Source of the DNA: the human T2T-CHM13v2.0 reference genome, Homo sapiens | Assembly (NCBI RefSeq): GCF_009914755.1 | Contig: NC_060931.1 | DNA length: 64,000 nt | Reading direction: 5' to 3' (one strand) | Shown here: positions 1-17,416 of the stretch, one piece after another | Layout of the letters: every line of letters starts with the position of its first letter | Position numbering within the stretch: the stretch's first letter is position 1 | Notes under the pieces: model-generated | Told to the model about the DNA's origin: nothing | The model's input: the letters and a program-made list of their open reading frames with translations, nothing else | Databases searched by the model: none | Program-made: the position numbers and the translations under genes

Positions 1-70
1 TAACAGGCACACTGTGCACATGTACCCTAAAACTTAAAGTATAATAATAATAAAATAAAATAAAATAAAT
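1..70 (+). mobile_element. 3' end and A-rich tail of an L1PA element (cut by window edge)
   Basis: tgtgcacatgtaccctaaaacttaaagtataataataa followed by (taaaa)n is the L1PA 3' terminus. Confidence 0.9.
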
Positions 71-243
71 GCAAGAGGGAATATTACTACTGAATTTACA
101 GAAACAAAAAGAATTATAAAAATGTACTATGACCTAAAGTACTATGAATTTGTGTGCCAACACATTGGATAACCTACCCACTCCATATTCTTAGCACAAT
201 AGATTATAATTTGTTTCCCCACATATAAATAATGTCTTCTATG

Positions 244-246
<3 letters not shown>

Positions 247-286
<40 letters not shown>
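247..286. repeat. (TA)n microsatellite
   Basis: ~20 perfect TA units. Confidence 0.98.
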
Positions 287-290
<4 letters not shown>

Positions 291-1840
291 TGTTCAAATT
301 AGAATTCAAAATATCACCTACATACAGGCAGATAAGAAATGCTAAAATGAATTTATACATAGATACAAAACCTAGTGAAACTGGTCAGAATCCACAAGGC
401 AATAATCAATTGCATGGCACTGGACATTTCTGGAAAAATACTTTTACAGAAAAAAAGCATTTGCATTACTATCACTTCCCTACAAATTATAGACTTGTAA
501 TGTAATTCAAAAACAGTGAAAGGCAGAGATAACCTGGAAGACAGCACTAGACAGGACAGTAAGTATAATCTTTAATGGTTTTTCTTTTTTTAAAATCTAT
601 TTCAAAGAACTTCACAATTTTTTCTGACAGTTCAGTATTGTCAGAGTTTAGCAGACTCACTTGTATGCTTTCTGGAGCATGGAGGTTAAGAACTTACGTT
701 GCTCTGCTGTTCTGTCTGCATAAGAATACAAGAGCCTTTTGCTTCTTCCTCAGGTGCCAAGCTTGTTGATGGTGGTGGCTGTGGTTGATTGTATTACCTT
801 ATGCCTCTTTTTGTTTGGTTGTTGTGGATGATTTTTTTCCTGCTATTTGGTATTTATTTTTGCTAATTGTGTGAAGTATTAGAGATGGATGATTTTGTAA
901 CTTATTTTCAGTCTATTATCCTAACTAGAAGCTTCTCCTAAAAACACTAACCCACATTGACCTCCCCATTTACTTGCTTCTGAAACAAAAATTATATTAC
1001 CCATTTTGATAATAATATTATCTTGGAGAGTGGTATGACTGTGTGTCCTTTTAACCTGTACATTCAGGACAAAAGTCGAAGCCAAAGCCAAATTCTTTGA
1101 GTAATTCAAGGCCCCTGCTGCTTCCCCAGATTTAGCCCAGCTTCAAGGATCACTGAAACACTAAGGGGATGCTCCCAGGTCATTCTTCTACTCACTGCTT
1201 TCATTCAGCCATTTCTAAATCTGAGTACTCAGGATATTTTGACTCGTGCACTTTCCTCAAATCCTAATTCTGAGGATGTCACTGCTGTCTAACTGTAATT
1301 CTCCTCTGCAGGAAATTTAATACTATTTCCTTTTATTCCTGTAGCCAAACCATTCCTCATGTCATATTGAGAAATTTCTCTCAAAATCTAAAGTAAATAA
1401 CCAAGGAAAAGATCTGTTCATGACATACAGTTAAACTGCACTTGACCCAACCAGTGGATTTTGTCTGGAATATAAATTCTCAAACTGGCTTTCCATAAGC
1501 CTAATAAAGCTGAGGTTATTTTTCTATCTACCACAAAAAGTTCAAGTTTTATTTTCAAATTTCTCAATGTTTAACCAGTGTTAAGGAAAATTCTTATACC
1601 AACTCTGCCCGTTATACAACTGATATCAAATGATTTCTCATTATCGGAGGGTGGAGCCAAGATGGTCGAATAGGAACAGCTCCAGTCTACAGCTCCCAGC
1701 ATGAGCGATGCAGAAGACAGGTGATTTCTGCATTTCCAACTGAGGTACTGCATTCATCTCACTGGGGAGTGTCAGAAAGTGGGTGCAGGACAGTGGGTGC
1801 AGCGCACCGAGCATGAGCCGAAGCAGGGCGAGGCATCACC

Positions 1841-2098
1841 TCATCCGGAAAGTGCAAGGGTCAGGGAATTCCCTTTCCTAGTCAAGGAAAGCAGTGAGAG
1901 ATGGCACCTGGAAAATTGGGTCACTCCCACCCTAATACTGCACTTTTCCAACGGTCTTAGCAAACGGCACACCAGGAGATTATATCCCACGCCTGGCTCA
2001 GAGGGTCCTACGCCCACGGAGCCTTGCTCACTGGTAGCACAGCAGTCTGAGATCAAACTGCAAGGTGGCAGCGAGGCTGGGGGAGGGGCGCCCACCAT
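1841..2098 (-). CDS. L1 antisense ORF0-like ORF (85 aa); translation unproven
   Basis: MVGAPPPASLPPCSLISDCC...SVGVGPSEPGVGY matches primate L1 ORF0 in the antisense 5' UTR. Confidence 0.6.
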   Translation of the reverse strand: MVGAPPPASLPPCSLISDCCATSEQGSVGVGPSEPGVGYNLLVCRLLRPLEKCSIRVGVTQFSRCHLSLLSLTRKGNSLTLALSG

Positions 2099-2672
2099 TG
2101 CCGAGGCTTGAGTAGGTAAACAAAGCCGCTGGGAAGCTCGTACTGGGTGGAGTCCACCTCAGCTTAAGGAGGCCTGCCTGCCTCTGTAGACTCCACCTCT
2201 GGGGGCAGGGCATAGCCAAACAAAAGGCAGCAGAATCCTCTGCAGATTTAAACATCACTGTCTGACAGCATTGAAGAGAGTAGTGATTCCCTAGCACACA
2301 GCTGGAGATCTGAGAATGGACAGACTGCCTCCTCAAGTGGGTTCCTGACCCCCAAGTAGCCTAACTGGGAGACAACCTGCAGTAGGGGCAGACTGACACC
2401 TCACACGGCCGGGAACTCCTCTGAGACAAAACTTCCAGAGGAACGATCAGGCAGCATCATTTGCTTTTCCCCAATATCCGCTGTTCTGCAGCCTCTGCTG
2501 CTGATACCCAGGCAAACAGGGACTGGAGTGGACCTCTAGCAAATTCCAACAGACCCGCAGCTGAGGGTCCTGACTGTTACAAGGAAAACTAACAAACAGA
2601 AAGGACATCCACACCAAAACCTCATCTGTATGTCATCATCATCAAAGACCAAAGGTAGATAAAACCACAAAG

Positions 2673-3662
2673 ATAGGGAAAAAACAGAGCAGAAAAACTG
2701 GAAACTCTAAAAATCAGAGCGCCTCTCCTCCTCCAAAGGAATGCAGCTCCTAACCAGCAACAGAATAAAGCTGGATGGAGAATGACTTCGATGAGTTGAG
2801 AGAAGCCTTCAGATGATCAAACTACTCCGAGCTAAAGGAGGAAGTTCAAACCCATGGAAAAGAAGTTAAAAACCTTGAAAAAAAATTAGACATATGGCTA
2901 AATACAGTAACAAATGCAGAGAAGTCCTTAAAGGACCTGATGGAGCTGAAAACCACAGCATGAGAACTACGTGACAAATGCACAAGCCTCAGTACCCGAT
3001 TCGATCAACTGGAATAAAGGGTATCAGTGATGGAAGATGAAATGAATGAAATGAAGCCAGAAGAGAAGTTTAGAGAAAAAAGAATAAAAAGAAATGAACA
3101 AAGCCTCCAAGAAATATGGAACTATGTGAAAAGACCAAATCTACGTCTGATTGGTGTACCTGAAAGTGATGGGGAGAATGCAACCAAGTTGGAAAACACT
3201 CTGCAGGATATTATCCAGGAGAACTTCCCCAATCTACAAGGCAGGCCAACATTCAAATTCAGGAAATACAGAGAAGGCCACAGATACTCCTTGAGAAGAG
3301 CAACTCCAAGACACATAATTGTCAGATTCACCAAAGTTGAAATGAAGGAAAAAATGTTAAGGGCAGCCAGAGAGAAAGGGAAGCCGATCAGACTAACAGC
3401 TGATCTCTCGGCAGAAACTCTACAAGCCAGAAGAGAGTGGGGGCCAATATTCAACATTCTTAAAGAAAAGAATTTTCAACCCAGAATTTCATATCCAGCC
3501 AAACTAAGCTTCATAAGTGAAGGAGAAATAAAATACTTTACAGACAAGCAAATGCTGAGAGATTTTGTCATCGCCAGGCCTGCCGTAAAAGAGCTAAAGG
3601 AAGCACTAAACATGGAAAGGAACAACCGGTACCAGCCACTCCAAAATCATGCCAAAATGTAA
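2673..3662 (+). pseudogene. L1 ORF1p, disrupted
   Basis: Start codon ATG>ATA at 2673; in-frame stops; C-terminal part open (3027-3662: ...KPIRLTADLSAETLQARREWG...). Confidence 0.9.
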
Positions 3663-3725
3663 AGACCATCGAGGCTAGGAAGAAACTGCATCAACTAACG
3701 AGCAAAATAACCAGCTAACATCATA

Positions 3726-7554
<3,829 letters not shown>

Positions 7555-7777
7555 ACAATGACAACACATGGACACAGGAAGGGGAACATCACACACCGGG
7601 GCCTGTCGTGAGGTGGGGTGAGTGGGGAGGGATAGCATTAGGAGATATACCTAATGTAAATGACAAGTTAATGGATGCAGCACACCAACATGGCACATGT
7701 ATACATATGTAACAAACCTGCACGTTGTGTACATGCACCCTAGAACTTAAACTATAATAAAAATACATAAAAAAAGA

Positions 7778-8420
<643 letters not shown>

Positions 8421-9279
8421 TCTGTAAGTGAGATAATGCTGGTTGGTTGGTTGGTTGAGGGTTGGGTAAAAAGGGTTGACAGGGAATAGTAAAAAGCTTG
8501 GGGTGGGAAGAACTAGAACAAGAAGTCATAGTAGCAGATAGAGTCAGTGTCTGGTATGAGGTTAGAATAAGCTGGCCTGGGCAACATTTAAGTATAAGTG
8601 AAGATGACACCAAATTACACCCAGGTGTTTTCCTCTAGACACCTGATCTACATTATTTTCCTTTGAATGTAATGTTTACTTACATTTTTTAAGTTAGCTA
8701 TATTAGGGGGATTTTTGTAAGGAAGAAAAGCATGCTTGCCTCCACCCTAGAGACCTTCCAGAAGGCACACTCACAAACTTATGGCAACATCCTCTACTTG
8801 CAGATTTATCTCTATAGAAGCAGGTGAATCCAAGGAAAGTGAAATCTTCACATCTAAGCATAAAGTGTGACTGTGGAAAATATAGTGGGGCTTAAGGTCT
8901 GGTTTTATTGTTTCATTTTTATTCTGTTTGTTTATGACAAATGAGCATTCGTTCATCTTATGTATTTTTTCCTTGTAGTCTTCCTCCCATCTCCTTTATA
9001 AGTTCCTATTATATTGCATCATCAGAGCTATACATTAATTCACAAACGTTTTGAGCACCAAACAAGTGCTGGGTTGTCCACTACCACTGGTAATAAAACA
9101 ATAAATAAAACTGTTCACTCCCCTCAAGAAGCTCACCCCCTAATTACAGGAATGAGATATATCTCATATTCTGGGTGAAAACAAGGTGCTATGAAAGCAA
9201 ATAATACGGATATCCAACTCAATCTAGTTCAATCTCATTGCCTCATTCTGAAAGTTAGTTCTCCAATAACATTTTTGAA

Positions 9280-9870
9280 AAAATTCATTCCTCCAAACCT
9301 CCCCCAAAACCCTGGCAAAGACTGATCTTTTTTATTGTCTCCACATTTTTGCCTTTTCCAGATTATCATGCAGTTGAAATTATACAGTAGGTAGGCTTTT
9401 CAGATTGACTTCTTTCATGTAGCAATATGCATTTAAGTTCTTCCATGACTTTGTGTGGCTTCATAGCTCATTTTTTTAAAATCAATGAATAGTATTTCAT
9501 TGTCTGGATATACAATTTGTTTATCCATTCACCTTGTGAAAGACGTCTTGTTTGCTTCCATGTTTTGGCAATTATGAATAAAGTTTCTCTAAACACCTGT
9601 GTGCAGTTATTGGTGTGGAAATAAGTTTTTAACACATTTGGAGAAATTCCAAGGAGCACAATGTCTGGATTCTGTGGTAAAAGTATACTGTATTTATTTT
9701 TGTAAGAAACTGCAAATGGTCTTCCAAAGTGGCTATACCATTTTGCATTCCCACCAGCAATGAATTAGATCTCCCATTGCTCCACATCTTCACCAGCATT
9801 CAGTGTTGTCAGTATTTTGGATTTGAGCCATTCTAATAGGTATATAGTGGTATCTCATTGTTGATTTAAG
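9280..9870 (-). mobile_element. Old L1 (L1MC/MD-like) 3' region
   Basis: Antisense L1M motifs (ccaaagtggctataccattttgcattcccaccagcaatg); ORF 9468-9659 translates to an L1 ORF2 C-terminus-like peptide (LFIIAKTWKQ). Confidence 0.75.
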
Positions 9871-10139
9871 CCCCAAAACATTTTTGTTTCTGAAGAAGTA
9901 ATTGACTTCTCTAACTACAAGCTTTGTTAGACTCTTAATCAGAGTGTTTGAAGGAATTTTAAAACCCTCTCATAAGTTAATATGAAAAAGCAAAAGGCAA
10001 ATGATAATAATCAAGATAAATATGTAAAATAAGAATAAACTCTGAGGAAAATATCTATGTATAATTTGGTGCCTTTTTCACCTATGTTTACTTAAATGCT
10101 GTCCAACTCAGCTTCATCTAACCTTATGTCAAAAAAAAT

Positions 10140-10440
10140 CCCTGAGTTTAAAAGATTTAACTCCAATTTTGAAGGAATTTCCATGGTGAGTATAATACCA
10201 TCAAACAATATTGCATGCTATAAAAAAACCTTTTGTGAAAGGAAGCATCAGTCGATGTGGCAAACTTCATTGTTGTCTTATTTTAAGAAATTGCCACGGC
10301 CATCCTATTCTTCAGCAACCACCACTGTGATCAGTCAGCAGCCATCAAACATTGAGGCAAGACCCTCCACCAGCTAAATGATTATGATTTGCTAAAGGCT
10401 CAGATGAATGTTAGCATTTTTTAGCAATAGCGTTTTTAAA
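10140..10440 (+). mobile_element. Tigger1 DNA transposon 3' fragment
   Basis: ORF 10096-10377 contains QSMWQTSLLSYFKKLP...SATTTVISQQPS, the Tigger1 transposase C-terminus. Confidence 0.85.
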
Positions 10441-10449
10441 TTTCAAAAA

Positions 10450-11720
10450 ACCCTAATATTAAGATTTATTATAAAAGCTATAGTAAATAATACCTAGTAG
10501 TTCTGGCATTAGAATAGACAAGTAAATAGTGCAGAATCTCAATGCTGTAACGTACCTACTGATATATAGAAACAGGCTGCCTTCACAGATCAGTGGGAAA
10601 ATGATGGACTTTTCAACAATTGTGTTAGGACAATGGGTCATCCATATTTAAAATGTTATTTAGTAGTTCACATTTTATATACAACAACAAATTTCAATGG
10701 ATTGAGGACTAAATTTAAAAATCAAAACTTTAAAACTTAAGAAAATTTGGAAGAACATCTTTATAACCCTAAGGTAGAAAAGCACAATCTAAAACAAAAG
10801 ATCAGCAAATTCAACTAAATTAAACAATGCCTATTTATAGAGAGACACCATAAAATAAAAAAGAAGCCACTGGTTGTTACGTATAAACTGATAAAGAACT
10901 GGAGTCTAGAATAAATAAATAACTCCTACGAGTTAATAACTGCCCCTTACAATTATTGGGACAAGTTTTAGATGCACAAATTCTATGGTCTAGAATTTCC
11001 ACTCTTAGGCATTTACCCTAGAAAAACTCATATACATCAATCAGTAGGAGGATAAATAACGAATTGTGGAATATTTATTCAATGGAATACTATGCAACAA
11101 TTAAAATGGGTAAATCTCAAAAACATAATGTTGAGCAGAAATAAGTGAGCTTTGCAGAAAGTATATATCCTTAATTAAAAAAATTTTTTTTGAGATGGAG
11201 TCTCACTCTGTCACCCAGGCTGAAGGACAATGGCATGATCTTGGATCACTGGAACCTCCACATCCCAGGTTCAAGCAAATCTCCTTCCTCAGCCCCCTGA
11301 GTAGCTGGGATTACAGGTGCACATGGCCATGCCCAGCTAATTTTTGTATTTTTAGTAGAGGCAGGGTTTCACTATGTTGGCCAGGCTGGTCTCCAACTCC
11401 TGACCTCAGGTGATTTGCCCGCCTCAGCCTCCCAGAGTGCCGGGATTACAGGTGTGAGCCACCACACCCGACCAATAAATTTTTAATATGTAAAACAATA
11501 CTATATACATTGACACCTACATATGTCATAGAACTCTGATGCTAGCAGCAATGGTAAACATGAAATTCAGGATAGTGCTTACCTCTGGACAGGGGCCTCA
11601 ACAGTATGTGTACTATGTTATTTTCTGAGCTGAGTGATGTGTATATAGGAGTTTATTAGGCTCTTAATCCTTGTTTCTATGCCTGAAATAGTTCATATTT
11701 AATTGAATTAAAGGTTAAAA
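10450..11720 (+). mobile_element. Decayed L1ME-like ORF2/3' UTR fragments (interrupted by an Alu)
   Basis: ttttcaacaattgtg, ccactcttaggcatttaccctag and caatggaatactatgcaacaattaaaa motifs. Confidence 0.55.
11184..11473 (-). mobile_element. Alu (AluS)
   Basis: Antisense dimeric Alu. Confidence 0.95.
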
Positions 11721-13006
11721 ATCTATTTTTTACAAAAAAAGGAGAGCCTAAAATGGATACTGTGAGCAGGGCAGGCCATCTAAAAGACTCCTCTGCGAAG
11801 ACCTGGACAAGACTCCACCCTCCTCCAGGTGCACACTCTACACCCAGTTACACTGACTCCATCAGATATGACCATGCTCCTGACTTCCATTGCAGGATCA
11901 TTCCCTTGACCTAGAGCCTGGCTCCTCCTTCCTCATATTTGCCTTCAGGTAACACTACTCCTAGTATGCCATTCCTTCTGCCCCCTACTCAGCTATTCCC
12001 ACCCCACAGCATCTCCTTGTCCTGCCAGGCTCCTGCCAAAAGAAACTCTAGCTATTCCCACTTTTCTCGGGTACATCTCAATTTCATAAAACTCAACTTC
12101 AAGAGCCATATTTTACAGACATTTCTGAAACTATTAATGACATGGCGTTAATAAAACATCCCTCCCAGCACGAGCATTTACTGAATGTTCACATTCCTGA
12201 GCTTCTGATGGTGTCTGCAGAGTTATTTATTTTCTTGAATAGTCCTTGTTCATGTACACAGCTTGCTTTCCCATTTGATATTCTGCTTAAATATCTATAA
12301 CTCCATGTTTAATGATTAAGTGTAAAAATGCTCCAACTCTCTATTGCCACCATTGCAACTATTTTCCCATACTCTGCAAAATACTCAAAGCAGAACTAGC
12401 ATTTGGTGAAATTATGCCGTAATATATCATCTTTAAGAGTGTTTTGCTGCACAACACTTCTGCATTACTACCAAAGGACGTTGTGAGTTTTGGATACGTT
12501 TGAATTCCCTGAAAATTGGCAAGGATATTTTACAGGGAAATTTTTGGTCCGAGTTACTCAAACTAAGTGATGTTGCCACACCCAATATGCACAGAGAAAG
12601 AAAAAGAGGTTAACCTAAGACAACAAAGAAAAATTTTACATATTAAAAAAAAAAGATTAGTGGGGACAAATATTCAAAATGAAGCTCGACAACAGAAAAG
12701 ACCCTAATCAAAGTGTTGGGACCCTCAAATTTTGAGGTAACTAACAAGTCGAGTTCTGATGTATCACCAACCCTTCCCCTGTGACCACACATTCACCACC
12801 TTTTCTGTTCCTCTTCTCATTCCCAGTAACTCCCCATCTCACTGTGTCCCTGTGTCCTCATTCTGCCCCCGACTAAAATGAGTTACCATGGCTGTGCCTA
12901 CCTGGCCTTACTCTTACTGAACATTTCTTAATACCCAGAATCTGTCCTTCCCTTCTAGGCCACCCTCTAAACTTACCTGCTCTGTGTACCTTCCACAAGG
13001 GCTTGT

Positions 13007-13369
13007 TGTATTAGTCTGTTCTCACACTGCTATAAAGACATACCTGAGACTGGGCAATTTAATGAGAAAAGAGGTTTAATCAGCTTACAGTTCTGCTGGC
13101 TGTACAGGCTTCCGCTTCTGGGGAGGCCTTGGGAAACTTACAATCACGGCAGAAGGGGAAACAGGCATGGTCTTCAAGTGGCCAGAGTAGGGGTGGGGAT
13201 GTGCTATACACTTTTAAACAACCAGATCCCAGGAGAACTCTATCACAAGAACAGCAAGGAGGAAGTCTGCCCCCACGATTCAAACAGCTCCCACCAGGAC
13301 CCTCCTCCAACACTGGGAATTACAATTTGACATGAGATTTGGGTGGGGACACAGAGCCAAACTGTATCA
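13007..13369 (-). mobile_element. MaLR solo LTR, MSTA-like
   Basis: tgtattagtc...ctgtatca termini; 5-bp TSD cttgt/ctcat. Confidence 0.9.
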
Positions 13370-14252
13370 CTCATTTGCTTTCACAATGGAAACTCATCCA
13401 CTCTTAAGTAACCAATGGAAGATGAAAGCTTGCCATCTTACCTTTTATGGACATTTACATGAGCTCTAATCCAAATAAATGAATCTATGGTGGCAAAATT
13501 TTACATGCCATAAAAGGCAGCTAGGAGAGAGATTTTGGAGGCTAAAGGTGCTTTCTTTGGTGCTTCTGTTTCTCTAAGTCATACCTGCTGAGTAACTGAT
13601 AACTCCATCTGCTCCTGAAGCCATGTAGAATGTCGGTCTTGCAGGAGTGGGTAGAGTCCTGTTTCTATGTTCATTTTTTGTGGTTACCAACCCAGGAAGA
13701 CCTGGATTATGCTGTGCTCCCATGGGACACGATGGACCATCCCCAACTCTCTGCCTTTAACTCAGGTCTAACCTCCCAGGACAGCCAGCTCCCAGGATAG
13801 GCAGCTAAAAACACTCAGGCATCTTGGCTGCTGAGTGCTCACCTTAGGCCACACTGGATCTCCCTTCCACATGGGCCTCCACAGTCTACCAGCTCCGCGC
13901 ATGGTTGGCTTCCTGTTTGAGACTTTAGCGCTTTGGTTTTGGTGTTCTTCTCTCCAGCTCAAATGTGATCTGGCCTCATACTTTATCCTTATACAATGTC
14001 TAGCTGCCCCCAGATATCCATCTCAGCTGAGTCAAACCTAACCTTGAGACAACCCCAGAACCAGACTATTTGGCTGGTGCTTCTCACTGGCCTCCTCGAT
14101 TCCCCACCCTAATCCCTGAAGGTAGAGCACAGTTCTTCAGTTCTGTCTCTGTTATAGGAACAGAAAAGGCCAGACTTTGACATGAGTGCAGGAAGTGGTT
14201 ATCTCCACAGTGATTATTTGTATGGTCTAATTTGAGATGCCATTTTACAGAA

Positions 14253-14480
14253 AAGTGGTTAGGAGCCCCAACCCTGGAGTTGGACCACCAGGGTTCAATG
14301 TCCAAGTCTGTTACCTATTAGCTGTTTAACACTGGGAAACTTCCTTGTTTTGTGGGAATGACAATTGCACTTCCCTCAGAAAATAGTAGTTAAGATTAAA
14401 TGAGACATACAAATACTGTGTCTAGCAAAGTAACTGACATCTAGTAGTGGTCGACATATTAGCTAATACTATTATTATTA
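14253..14480 (+). mobile_element. MIR
   Basis: gtggttagga...gggttcaat...ttagctgt...aagattaaatgaga MIR core. Confidence 0.7.
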
Positions 14481-15029
14481 TGATCACCAAGTGTTCTAGG
14501 GCCTGTGCTTCCACTGTGAGAGATTCACTCCTTTATCAGCCCCTCCTCAGGCCCATGACACTAATTCACAGTGGACTTTGTCCTTGACAAGAGGACTGTA
14601 ACTGCCAGGAAACTTGAGGATGGAAGTGGGTGGGAAAAGTTGAAGAAAGCAAAGAGGAACAGACAGAGAAGGCTGAGAATATTAAAGATGAACTTTGTCT
14701 AATCCACAGTGTGTCAGAGCTGATGCTCCTGACAGGTTGGGGCCTGAATCTGTTACTGAGAATGAAAGGGGAGATTGTATGTTGGGTAGATAACTATTAT
14801 GGTACTTCTGTGTTAAACTACTCCAGGAACACGATTCACGAGAGATATGTGTAGTAGGAGTGCCAATACATAAAACACAAGGTGAAGGGTGCCTTCTGGA
14901 GTTGTGTGACAGGTTGGCCCTGAACTAGCAAATATTCACAACACTCCTTGACATCCATCCCACAATCACCCCTCTAGCTCCACACCATTGCCAAAACCCA
15001 CTCCAAAGTGAAGAATGAATAATCTAAGC

Positions 15030-15239
15030 CAGTGGTTCTCAACTGAGAGTGATTTTAACACCAGGGGAACATTTGTTGGTCACAAGTTGAGGGGAGGTTA
15101 CTACTATCATGCTAATGTCATCTCATGAATACAGCCCAGAAGTGTCGCTAAACACTGTCCTGACAATGCAAAGAATAACCCCCACAACAAAGAATTACCC
15201 AGCCTTAAATGTCAATAGGGCTGGGGTTGAGAAACTCTG
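15030..15239. mobile_element. MER20 (hAT MITE)
   Basis: TIRs cagtggttctcaac / gttgagaaactctg; degenerate 8-bp TSD atctaagc/ctctaagg. Confidence 0.8.
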
Positions 15240-17047
15240 CTCTAAGGCCATTCAATCATGGTGATCTTTCTCCTTGCCAGTGAATAGTTCAGGTGTTGCA
15301 GGGGTGGAAACTGAAGAAAAGGCAAAGTTTGTGCAAGGGTTGCAACGGTGGCAATCCATAACTCCATAGGTGAAGTGACCTTAAGATGATCAATTAGCCC
15401 CATTCACACTCTGGCCTTAAGGAATTCGCAGAAAACTGAAGTTCTACATCCATTTTGCCTAAGTCTTGAGGGGTAGAGAAGCCCCTTACTGACATTTAAG
15501 TTGCATTTCTATATTTTTAAGTATATGTTAGTTCTAGAAAAACATATCTATAGTCAGCTCCCTATCAATCAAAAAATAATGTGTCCTCTGTTACTAAAGC
15601 CTTGGTAGATATAAATGTGAGATATGCTTAGTTTTGTTCTCTACATCCTGACTTTCCTGGTACTTGAACCTAGTCAAGACTTCATCCCTCCATTTTTCCA
15701 GGCACTAAACAAAACCACAGACTTCTTGAAAATAGAGTCTTCATCTTCCTTACATTTTTATTCCCATATCCGAAACTAAGCCTGGTACATAAAAAGCACT
15801 TGAAAAGATTTGTTGAAGACTGAATGAGGGAACACATAAATGAATATATTCTGGAATTTCGATCCCAACTTATTTTGCTGTGTTTCTCCTAAGAGTAGGT
15901 ATCATCTCCACTTGTATACATCTACTGGTATCTGATATCAAAGATGACTCCAATGTATCAATTTCCTATTTTTTCATAGGAAGTTTTCACCTATCTCCTT
16001 GCATTTCTACTTAGCATACTTGTTTGTCTCTTGCCCATCATTCTCTTCCCAAGCCTCATGAAATTCGTGAAAGCCCTGGCCAGTTTTCTGTCATCTTTAT
16101 GTTGAAGCTCTGGTCAAGAAAAGCCTCTCATTCGCTACACCCACTGTTGGAGCTGCTCCACAATTTTCCCAGGCAGAAGAGCCTCTCCCCAAGTCTGGTC
16201 TAGCCCCAGGGCAAAGCCTTGCCTGAAGTGAGCCTGGGTGTTTTCCCACCTCTGTGAGTACTTGCTGCTCACCTACTTTCCATCCACAGTGGTCACAAAT
16301 CCCCAGAATATTTACCTCTTTGGCTTTCTTCTTTGATGATTTTCTCCACCCTATTTAGAAACCCTTCATCCTCTTTAACCAGAGGAAGAGAGAAAGGTGT
16401 GCTTCTCTGCACATCTAATTATCTAATTTTTTTTTCATATCTTAGATTCTCTTGCATAGCTATGGAAGGAAGAAAGCCCTGTGTCCTCTCTAGTTTCTTC
16501 CTATTAATACCACCCTCTACCTCAAGTATTATTTGAATATCATTGTTTGAAACCAGACTTATTACTTAGCCTAAAATTGAGAGCACATATTTAGACTACT
16601 TAATCAGATTAGGTTAATAAATATGTATTTTTAAACTGTACTTGAACACTCTAAATACTGAGGAGTTTAAGCAAGCAAAAATATGTAAATAAATGTTAAA
16701 TTTAGAGAAAGTTTAATACAATGCATGATGTTACAACTAAGCAGACAGAATAAGCCCAAATTAAAGAAGTAATGATGTAACGTACTTAGTGCATTGAAAG
16801 TGAATGGAATTTCTAAGTGTCACTGTCTTGGTAAAAACAGCAATTTATTCCTTATCCCCTCTCCCCAGTCTAAGGAGTGAGAGATTTGCTTGATAGAAGC
16901 AGAGGATACAGATGGTATAATAAAGTCTTACACTATTTGTTGATGAGAACTTTTATGCCTCATCGTCTGCCCCATATATGGGCAAACTGATAGGAAACCC
17001 GGGATACTTCCACCTTTGATTACAGCAGGAAATTCAAATTACACAAG

Positions 17048-17416
17048 TGTATTAGTCCGTTCTCATGCTGCTATGAAGAAATACTCGAGACTGGGTAATT
17101 TATAAGAAAGAAGTTTAATTGACTCACAGCATGGCTGGGGAGGCCTGGGGAAACTTACAATCATGGTGGAAGGGGAAGGAACACAGCCTTCTTCACCTGG
17201 AGGCAGGAAAGAGAAGAATGAGAGCCAAGTGAAGGGGGAAGACCCTTATAAAACCATCAGATCTTGTGAAAACTTACTCACTATCATGAGAATAGCATGG
17301 GGGAACCACCCCTGTGATTCAATTACCTCCCACCAGGTCCCTCCCACGACAAGTGGAGATTATGGGAACTACAATTGAAGATGAGGTTTGTGTGGGGACA
17401 CAGTCAAACCATATCG
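17048..17416 (-). mobile_element. MaLR solo LTR, THE1D-like
   Basis: tgtattagtcc...ccatatcg; perfect TSD acaag (17043-17047, 17417-17421). Confidence 0.9.

Noticed and set aside
10096-10377. TIGD1-like domesticated transposase
   Set aside because: Only a short, diverged C-terminal Tigger1 fragment.
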